The notes beneath the pieces are model-generated. The model made no database searches. It saw only the letters and a program-made list of their open reading frames with translations, and had not been told where the DNA came from. The translations under genes and the position numbers were made by a program. Shown here piece by piece: positions 24,701-32,739 of a stretch of DNA of 64,000 nt. The number at the start of each line of letters is the position of its first letter. The first letter of the stretch is position 1. Origin of the DNA: Psammoneis japonica (taxonomy: Eukaryota); assembly GCA_008632985.1 (NCBI GenBank), contig QPGO01000177.1:62001-126000 (forward strand), given 5' to 3'.

Positions 24701-27700
24701 GCGGGGTACAAGTCACAGACTTCAACATCTTGGCGAAGAATGGAATTGTTCACGTCATTGACACGGTTCTCCTTCCACCGGAAAGAATGCTTGACATTCT
24801 TGACTTTGCCCGCTCAGACGAAAGATTTTCTACTCTTGTCCAGGCTGTCTCGGCGGCGGGGTTGGTTGAAACGCTCAAATCAGATGGGCCGTTGACGATA
24901 TTTTTACCAACCAATACGGCATTCGCCAAACTCGGCCCAGACCTAGCCGACCTTCTCAAGCCAGAAAACAAACAAGAACTTGCAGATATCCTTCAATATC
25001 ATGCTTTGGACGGCAACATCACTAAGGAGGAACTCGAGAATGGACCTGCAGAGACTTTGCTGGGCAAAACTATTGACGTCAATTTGCAGAGTGACATGGT
25101 TGTTCTCAACAGCGGCGTCCGGGTTACAGATTTCAACATTTTGGCAAAGAACGGAATCATTCACGTAATTGACACGATCCTTCTTCCTCCAGAACCATCA
25201 GCACCGCCGAAACCAGGACCTGACGTTGTTGACGTCGCTAGCTCTCTCGGATACTATTCCATTCTCGTAGAGGCTGCGTGGACGGCTGGCTTAATTGACA
25301 CGCTCAGATCAGCTGGGAAGTTAACGCTGCTAGCACCAACGAACAATGCGTTTGAGCGAGCTGTGAAAGAGCTTGAGCTCAAGATGGACGACCTTCTCAA
25401 GGAAGCGAACAGAGAAACCCTCAAGAAGATACTTCTTTATCACGTCCTTCCGCGGGAAGTTACCCGTGCCGATCTTCAAGATGGTCCGGTTGCAACAGCA
25501 CTGGAAGGCGAAACAATAGATGTTGATATCGAGTACAACGCCGCGGGGGGTTTCAAGTATGCGAAACTCAATGAGGACGCGCGCATCACACGATTTAATA
25601 CCAAGGCGTCGAACGGAATCATTCATCGAGTTAACGAGGTCCTGATTCCCCCGGAAGCGCTCCCAGATATTGTTGAGGTTGCTAGCTCGAATAGCCTATT
25701 CTCGACCCTTGCGGCAGCTGTCGAGGCAGCCGGTTTGGTGGACGCTCTTCGCGAGGGGGCGTTCACTTTGCTTGCACCCACTTCTGAAGCATTTGCCAAG
25801 CTCGGACCAACCCTTTCCGACCTTTTAAAGCCGGAGAACAAGCAGAAACTTGCAGAAATCCTTCAGTATCACATATTGCCAGGAACCGTCGCCCAGAAAG
25901 AACTCAAAGAAGGACCGGTCAAGACGTTGCTGGGCAAGAATATTGATATAACTATGCAGGATGACAAGGTTGTTCTCAACGGCGGGGTCCAAGTCATGGA
26001 TTTCAACATTTTGGCAAAGAACGGCATGATACATGCCATTGACACGGTTCTCTTACCACCGGAACCAATGCTTGACATCGTTGACTTTGTCAGCTCAGAC
26101 GAAAGATTTTCCACTCTTGCCCAGGCTGTTTCGGCGGCTGGGTTGACAGACACGCTCAAGTCAACCGGTCCGTTCACTTTATTCGTACCAACAGACGAGG
26201 TTTTCGCCAAGCTCGGAACAACCCTTACGGACCTTCTTAAACCCGAAAACAAACAAAAGCTGGCAGAGATTCTCGAGTATCATGTTTTATCAGGAAACAT
26301 CACCAAGGAGGAACTCCAGAATGGACCTGTCGCGACGTTGTTGGGCAAAAATATCGATGTAGATGTGCAAGGAGACATGGTTGTGCTCAACAATGGCGTC
26401 AAAGTCAATGATTTCAATATAATGGCAAAGAACGGAATCATTCACGTGATTGACACGGTTCTCCTCCCACCGGAACCAATGCTTGACATTGTTGACCGTG
26501 CTAGCTCAGATGAAAGACTTTCCACTTTTGTCCAGGCAGTTTTGAAGGCGGGGTGGGGTGGCCCGCTACAGCTAGCCGGGCCGTTCACAATATTTGCTCC
26601 AACCAACATCGCATTCGCCAAGCTCGGAACGGACCTAACCAACCTGTTCAAGCCTGAATATAAAACAAGGCTGGTAGAGATTCTCCAGTATCATGTTGTG
26701 CCTGGAAATGTCACTAAGGAGGAACTCGAGAATGGACCTGTCGGGACTTTGCTGGGGGAAGCTATTGACGTCGCTCTGGAGAATGACATGGCTGTTCTCA
26801 ACGGCGGAGCCAAAATCACAGACTTCGACTTATTGGCCAAGAACGGAGTGATTCACGTTATTGACACGGTCCTCATTCCTCCAATAATACCAGCACCGCC
26901 TGACGAAGAACCTGACATTGTAGACATTGCTAGTTCTCATGGATACTATTCAATCCTCGTTGATGCTGTGTCGACCGCTGGATTCGTTGATTTGCTCAAG
27001 TCGGACGGACCGTACACCTTGCTGGCGCCAACAAATAGGGCCTTCGCACAGACTTTGAAAGGGCTTGGCATTACGTTGGACGAGCTTCTCTCGGAAAAAT
27101 ACAGAGAAACCCTCAAGAACATACTTCGTTATCACGTCATTCCAGGAGAAGTTTCCCGAGCTGATCTTCGTGACGGCAAATTAGCCACAGGACTCGCAAA
27201 CAAGAATATTGAAGTCGATGTCAAGTACAACAGGGCTGGGAAATTCAGGGTAGCCTTGATCAATGGCGACGTTCGCATGACTGCTTTTGATACCAAGGCA
27301 AAGAACGGAATCATTCACAGAATCAACAAGGTTTTGATTCCTCCGAAAGACGTTCCGCCAGAACCTCTTCCGGATATTTACCGAGTCATCAGATCTAGGG
27401 GCCGTTTCTCCTTCTCGATCCTGGTCAAAGCCGTAAGGGCGGCTGGCTTGGTGAAAACCCTCCAATCTAACGGGCCCTATACTCTTTTCAGCCCCACAAA
27501 TTATGCCTTCAAAAGCCTATTGGACAGGCTTGATATCACGTTGGAAGAGCTTGTGGCAGATGTCGATACTCTTACCAAGATTCTTCTCTATCATGTCGTT
27601 CCCAGAAGAGTCAGCTATGCTGATCTGAGGCGAGGGTCGCTCGAAACTGCTCTTAGGGGGGAAGCCGTCCAAGTTAATGTTCAGTACGATCGGCTCAACA

Positions 27701-27927
27701 AGCCAGTGCGAGTATCTGTGAACCATGTTGACATTATTGCTACCGACATTGAAGCATCCAACGGTATCGTGCACGTCATTGACCACGTCCTTGTGCCGCC
27801 CGACCTTTTTAAGGTGGAAGAAAGTAGTCATAGCAGAAGCAGTACCAGAAGCAGCTCCGGAAGTAGTAGCGGTAAGAAGGGCAAAGGCGGCAAGCGCAGA
27901 AAGCTTGCGAAAGGCAGCAGTAGATAG
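21703..27927 (+). CDS. Giant secreted fasciclin (FAS1) protein with 14 tandem FAS1 domains
   Basis: Signal peptide and 14 repeats with H1 (TIFAPTNxAF) and H2 (NGIIHVIDTVL) motifs. S/G/K-rich tail. True start may be one of the downstream ATGs (21718-21751). Confidence 0.95.
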   Translation: MKRSAMALRRKQMAFIMKLPFLLCILLCVPFSQAQRSSILGIAENKGFTTLVTALEAAGLDFEFSCTFSRNKEDCPLYSFFAPNEEAFSALDKDLVNKLTSGPYVEHLRGFLNYHVLPGKVRATPFHIQDGARVETLLGESIVTTKNGKDVMINNAKVLTANIGATNGLVHVVDTVLLPKFLSKDVVDVAITSPDTFSTFVAAANAAGLLDALRGGPITVLIPTNDAMAKIGSTLTDLLKPENKEKLAEFVQYHILPGIVAQDKLEDGPVGTLLGKDIVVDVRSDKVVLNGEAQITDFNILAKTGIIHEIDTVLTPPEPTPDPKPDIVDVAIRDDRLSTLVQAISAAGMVDTLKSTGPITVFAPTDASFAKLGPTLTDLLKPENKEELQEILQYHVVPGIATKGGLKGGPIETLLGAEIDVDVQDGNVVLNEGVKVTDFNILATNGIIHIIDTVLIPSAPLPDPKPDIVDFAKSDERFSTAVQAVLESGLVDTLKSTGPFTMFLPTNMAFAKLGADLADLLKPENKQELEKILQFHVLEGNVTREELQNGPVNTLLGVDIEVAVQSDSVVLNGGAQVTDFDILAMNGIIHVIDTVLLPPKQMLDIVDFASSDERFSTLGQAVSAAGLVDTLKSTGPFTIFLPTNTAFAKLGTDLAALLKPENKQKLAEILQYHVLDGNFTKEELENGPVVTRLGKAIDVSLQSDMVVLNDEVKVTDFNIMAKNGVIHVIDTVLLPPDVLAPPAEEPDVVDVASSLGYYSFLVEAMFTTGLVEKLRSTEPLTILAPTDNAFTRALRELGLTLPELFQEENRDTLKNIILYHVIPGEVTRADLRDGPLTTQLNIDIDVDVEYNAAGSFKFAKLNGETRITGFDTKAKNGIIHRINNILMPPKVLSDIVQVVSAKDRFSNLAAAAEAAGLVDMLKSDGPFTIFAPSNEAFAKLGTTLAELIKPENKQKLEEIIQYHILPGRVVREQLKDGPAMTLLADTIDVDVQSDSVVLNGGVQVTDFNILAKNGIVHVIDTVLLPPERMLDILDFARSDERFSTLVQAVSAAGLVETLKSDGPLTIFLPTNTAFAKLGPDLADLLKPENKQELADILQYHALDGNITKEELENGPAETLLGKTIDVNLQSDMVVLNSGVRVTDFNILAKNGIIHVIDTILLPPEPSAPPKPGPDVVDVASSLGYYSILVEAAWTAGLIDTLRSAGKLTLLAPTNNAFERAVKELELKMDDLLKEANRETLKKILLYHVLPREVTRADLQDGPVATALEGETIDVDIEYNAAGGFKYAKLNEDARITRFNTKASNGIIHRVNEVLIPPEALPDIVEVASSNSLFSTLAAAVEAAGLVDALREGAFTLLAPTSEAFAKLGPTLSDLLKPENKQKLAEILQYHILPGTVAQKELKEGPVKTLLGKNIDITMQDDKVVLNGGVQVMDFNILAKNGMIHAIDTVLLPPEPMLDIVDFVSSDERFSTLAQAVSAAGLTDTLKSTGPFTLFVPTDEVFAKLGTTLTDLLKPENKQKLAEILEYHVLSGNITKEELQNGPVATLLGKNIDVDVQGDMVVLNNGVKVNDFNIMAKNGIIHVIDTVLLPPEPMLDIVDRASSDERLSTFVQAVLKAGWGGPLQLAGPFTIFAPTNIAFAKLGTDLTNLFKPEYKTRLVEILQYHVVPGNVTKEELENGPVGTLLGEAIDVALENDMAVLNGGAKITDFDLLAKNGVIHVIDTVLIPPIIPAPPDEEPDIVDIASSHGYYSILVDAVSTAGFVDLLKSDGPYTLLAPTNRAFAQTLKGLGITLDELLSEKYRETLKNILRYHVIPGEVSRADLRDGKLATGLANKNIEVDVKYNRAGKFRVALINGDVRMTAFDTKAKNGIIHRINKVLIPPKDVPPEPLPDIYRVIRSRGRFSFSILVKAVRAAGLVKTLQSNGPYTLFSPTNYAFKSLLDRLDITLEELVADVDTLTKILLYHVVPRRVSYADLRRGSLETALRGEAVQVNVQYDRLNKPVRVSVNHVDIIATDIEASNGIVHVIDHVLVPPDLFKVEESSHSRSSTRSSSGSSSGKKGKGGKRRKLAKGSSR

Positions 27928-28439
27928 TTTGAGAAAGATTTTGTTTTGGGTGTACATAAGTAGTAACATTTCAGCATGATCGTGTTTCTTCCCTTTCTCA
28001 CAAGGTTCCAAGACACTCTAAGAGTAGTCCCATTACCAGTTGTACTCCAATCAGAAACGACCGCTTCACTTTTCCCAACGTATTGATGGAAACGAAAAAG
28101 ATGCGCTAGTATCACCGTTCCAGGACGCCACACCTCCCTTTCTTTTGAATGTTGTCAGCCATATTCTTGCATTTTTACAATCGCTTTTCATGCCTTGTGC
28201 ACGACGAACTTCGCACCACGATGACATCAGAGGAGGTTAAGAGAAGGAACCACATCGTCGCAGCCGATGTGCCTCTCCCGCCCTGAGCATGAACGACGTC
28301 GGAAGCAGCCTTGCAAAATGCTGTTCAGGCGGGCGTGCTTTGAAAGAGACCGAAGACATTGCGATTGCATGCACGACACGCACGGCACGACGGGTGACTG
28401 TGAAATGCCAATGCAGTTGCCAACGGGGAGAAAACCTCG

Positions 28440-29800
28440 TCTCCAGAGGCACTTGCAAGGCAGATGTCTCTCACCACACCAGCAACGTTTGACAACTTTT
28501 GGAGCTCAGCTCTGGTGGCAGGCCGCTTCAACGGCAGCTCCACACTCAACTCATTCTTTGCTTTCAGCTGGTGCATGGCCACACCACAACTCTCGTTGCA
28601 GGGAGTGTCCCCATTGGGGCACTTGTGCCAGAGACTGGGCCAAGAACCACCACAGTTGTGTGCGTGTCCTTCACAACTTTGTGCATTGCCAAAATGGCAC
28701 TGTCAAAATGAGCTTTTTTCTCATGGAGGACCCCTTTTTCTTGAGCTCTTTTGCCTGTTTGTCCAAGCTGCTCAGCAAGAAGCAGGCACAACAACATTGG
28801 CCAAGGCAGCAAGCCTTTTGTGGTGGCTTTGTCAGCAGCTGGCTGTTGCTGCTGCTGCTGTGGCTGATGTTGTCATGTAAAAAGATCTCAGCAGAGGAGG
28901 GCAGACAAGTTGAGTCAAAGGGCTGGTTTTGGGTTGGCTTGTCTTGACATCTCTCATTCTTTCTTGGTCATTTTCAGGCTCTCTCTCAGTGGCCTCCCTG
29001 TTTGTGGTCTGGCAGGATGAGAGAAGGAAGGTCAAGCTGTAGCAGGCAATTGTGTGGTTGAGCCCAATGTTTTGTTGGTTGTGTTGCCCTCATCATTTGG
29101 GGTGCAGCAGCTCTCCAGTCAAAGCTCTGGCCCTGGTGGTTCCCTGGGTGCCCATGGCTTGCACACCACAACCCCAGCCAAAGAGATTCACAGAGAGGGC
29201 AGTCAGTTGGCAATTCTTGTTTGGCGTGTGTTCCATGGTGGTCATGGTGATTGCAAACAAGACAGAAAAACAGCTGTGTGTGACAAAGATGATGATTTCA
29301 ACATGCAGAAAAATGTGGCCAAATCACCACACACAATGGGTGCCAAAATGTGGCTGCATTGAGGAAAACAAACAGTGCACTGCTGCCCACAACTTTGCAA
29401 ACTGCTGGCATGGGGATGATCTGATGGCATCTGGGACAGATGGTGGTCATGTGCCAGAGGAGAAAGAAAGTGAGCAAAGGAGAGATCATTGGATCTCTCC
29501 AGTCTGTCCATGCCAGTCTGTCCAACACAAGGGAGTGTGCTCGCTGTCTTGGATGTCTGTCAGAGATGGTGGCCTGTGCGCCCCCTCTGTTTCATGTTGC
29601 AGCTTTTGCATTGTCTTGTGTGGTGCAGAAGCATTGCATGAAGCTGTGAGCATCAGCGGACCTGCAGCAACCTCACTTTTTTCTTCCATCATTGTGCATT
29701 GATGAGGGACACAAGAGCTTGAGCACTTGCTTGCAGCCTGCGATGCACGCTTTGCACCCTTTGTAACATTGGCCCTCTGTGAGCCAAAGCTCTGCAGTTC
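28440..29800 (-). pseudogene. Decayed paralog of the ZNFX1-like gene 3' end (RZ finger, RING-like and NF-X1 regions)
   Basis: Minus strand reads QAKELK..AMH..HNCGGSWPSLWHKCPNG..CGVAM..VAGVVRDI versus QAEELN..AMH..YNYGGSWSSHWYECPNG..CGMAM..VGGVVRDI in the 41671 copy (firm for 28464-28790). Weaker matches further on: CPLCESL~CPDCRSL, DPMI~DPII. Confidence 0.8.
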
Positions 29801-30089
29801 TGGGCTCCCCACAGAAATTTGAGCTGCAGCTCAAGGTCTGGGGTTCAGTGTTTGTGGCTTGTGCAGTTGCATGCTGCAACCAACCTGAGCACTCATCCAC
29901 AAACATCAAAGCCACAATGAGCATCTGGTCTGCTGGGAATTTTCCTCAATCAAGGCAGCAAAATCTCCATTGACAGACAGATGCAACACATGGAAAAGAT
30001 GCCAGAGCATGCACAAAATGTGTTCTTACCTGACAATTGTGCAGCCCCTGCTCTGCAGAGTGGCAAAGGCAACCAAGCGTGCAGTGCAT

Positions 30090-31800
30090 CAAGTGCAAGA
30101 CTTTGCCAAGATGTGACAAGCTGTGCTTGTCAGTGGTGTGAAAGGCAAAGCAGTTTTTCTCCTTTCTGGGCTGGTTGTGCACAAAATGACTCTTGTTCAT
30201 CTGGATCCATTTGCTTGCACAGCAAAAATGTGTGAGGGTTGTCTTTGCACAGCACACCCTGCAGGCACTTTGCATCAAACAATTTGCAAATGCTCTGTGC
30301 TTGGTCTCCTTGCACTTCTTGGTTGGGGTCAAATGAGCATCTGTGCCACCCACCAGCAATCCACATGCATCAAAATCATGCGGAAGCATTTTGACAAGCA
30401 GCAGCTGATGGTGAGGGCAGACAAACCACTCTGCAGTCATTTTCAATTGGCCTTTCTGCCAGAAACTCATGGAAGTCCTTTTCACACTCTGTGGCCACCA
30501 TTGCAACCATTGCACACTCTCCATGTGTTGACAACAACCATCTCAAAGACTGAGAAATGAGTGCAGTTGGACCAGCCCTGGGTGCCCAACTTCTGTTTAA
30601 TCTGCAGGTTGCCTTGCCTGCTCCTGTTGTGCTGATCAATCTTTTTGCAAGTGTTGCAGAATTTGTCAAGCTCTTTCCACTCAGGGTCAGCACCCATGCT
30701 GACTTCCTCATCCTGGTGCCAATGACCAACAAACCCTTGAGAGCTTGCCATTCCTGTGTCATCCAGTGACAAAGTGTTGGCAATGGAAAGGTTCTTCCAA
30801 CCACAATCCATCCGGACAAAGGCAAGTTTATCTTCATGACTGTCCAGCCCCAAGGTGAGAACTCCTTGACATTGTCCACACTCGGCAAGCTCAATGCCAC
30901 AGAGATGCTGTGTTGCAACAAACTTCAGCATGACACAGCACAACCATCCAGCCCCAGTGTGATGGCTCCCTGGCATTGTCCATGCTTGGTGAGCTCAACA
31001 CCCTGGAGATGCTGCATCAGAAACTTCTGCATGGCAGTCTCAACAATGCCAACAAATCATGACCTGAAGCAGCACCCCACTTCTTTGACAGTGCCAAACA
31101 ATGCACAAATCTGTGCAGACAATCCAGTCCACATTGGCCCATGGCTGCACAAGTTGTCTCAAGCAACAGCTTCATGAAGCAAGCCACTGTTGTCCTTCCT
31201 AGATGCCAGCATCTTCCAACTTTGCTGTCTTCACCAACTTGAGCTTCAGCATTGCACCACTCTGCTCACATGCCAAATTCTGCATCTCACGTGCATCCTT
31301 GGGCTTGCAATCAACTGCATGCTGTGTGCTGTGGGAGGCCAACATTGATCCAGTGCCCACACCAAGACCACACCACCTTAAGATGGACTCATTGACACAA
31401 ATGTCAGTCAACTGCAAGAAGTTGGTTGTCCGGTTTTGTTTGAATGCCTCCACAAAGTCATCCACCAATTTCCAACTGCACTCTTGAGATGGCATTCCTT
31501 CTGCTGCTCGCTCATCTTGCTGATCACTGAACTGAGCTGAAATGTGCAAGATGTCAAAAACCTGTTTTGTGACATGCCAGTCTTTGCAAATGCCGGTGCT
31601 GCATGACACTTTGATGCGGTTTTGACCAGAGCTCCAACTTGGCATTGAACTCAAACATCATTGCAAGAATGCAAATGCATAAAAACTTCAGCAACTCAGA
31701 CAGATTGGTGTCAGCTGCTTTTCTTTTCCTCAGTTGCGTGCTGTTGGCAAGTGCAACAATTGCACTGAGATGGTTGGTCATGCCTCAATTGAGGTCCTTG
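30090..31800 (-). mobile_element. Decayed piggyBac-family transposase (stramenopile type)
   Basis: Fragments ELLKFL..MFEF..LWS, WKLVDDFVEAF, ICVNESILRWCGLG, LKLKLVKT, LAFVRMD, IDQHNRSRQ..LGTQGWS, HLTPTKK and a Cys-rich tail occur in piggyBac transposase order. Multiple frameshifts; no intact TTAA/TIR found. Confidence 0.85.
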
Positions 31801-32009
31801 GTAGACTGGACACTGGCACTGGCTACCACAGAGACTGCTGGCCACTAGAGAGAGGAGAGAAGAGTCGGAGAGGGATAGAGGGCGATCGACTAGCGACTGC
31901 TGGGATCTTTCATCTTTCACGGGCGGATTGAACCTGTGGGCCGACCCGGCGCCTATCTCTGACCGCTTCAGCGTAACTACGAGTTCCAGCACTAATCCAA
32001 CAGTTGAGC

Positions 32010-32739
32010 ATCGAAAAATGCTTTGTTTGCCTTTCTTCGGCCTCTCTAAAGCTATCTAGAATTGCAATCCAACAATCACAGTTTACACCTAATACCATTC
32101 AAAAGCAACTTCTACGAATACTCGTTCCCCCCTAGAATGCAGCTGCACAATCTGGGAGAACGTAAACATTTTCTTCTTTCTCTTGCAACTTAAAACTACA
32201 AACTTGTGGTGGTGTATCCAGGGCGAGATGCAACACCAAACCGGTAGATGTGATCGAACGGCCTCCTCAAAACAAGTTGTGCGTCTCAGTTGTGACTCGT
32301 TGTAACGACAGGCCCTCCCACTGCTGATGAAATCCTCCTTCTACTCGCGGTAGAGTCCATTCGGACACCATTGTTATCGAAAAGCTTTGTTTGCCTTTCT
32401 TCGGCCTCCCTAAAGCTATCTAGAATTGCAATCCAACAATCACAGTTTACACCTAATACCATTCAAAAGCAACTTCTACGAATGCTCGTTCCCCTCTAGA
32501 ATGCAGCTGCACAATCTGGGAGAACATAAACATTTTCTTCCTTCTCCTGTAGCTTAAAACTCCAAACTTGTGGTGGTGTATCCAGGGCGAGATGCAACAC
32601 CAAACCGGTAGATGTGATCGAACGGCCTCCTCGAAACAAGTTGTGCGTCTCAGTTGTGACTCGTTGTAACGACAGGCCCTCCCACTGCTGATGAAATCCT
32701 CCTTCTACTCGCGGTAGAGTCCATTCGGACACCATTGTT
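32010..32739. repeat. Tandem duplication of about 365 bp (32010-32375 and 32376-32739) covering the VTC gene 3' end and 3' UTR
   Basis: Near-identical direct copies with junction ...caccattgtt|atcgaaaagc. The outer copy has a CGA->TGA stop on the minus strand. Confidence 0.95.

Larger units (their letters stand above)
28240..31820. other. TpA/CpG-depleted hypermutated block C (ZNFX1-paralog relic plus piggyBac relic)
   Basis: About 9-10 TpA in 3.6 kb, with sharp edges next to normal-composition DNA. Confidence 0.9.

Noticed and set aside
28237..28240. TTAA as the piggyBac target-site duplication
   Set aside because: Not followed by a CC-type TIR, no partner found, and the ZNFX1 relic lies between it and the transposase.
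28240..31820. Classical fungal-type RIP
   Set aside because: RIP enriches TpA and depletes CpA/TpG. The opposite is seen here.
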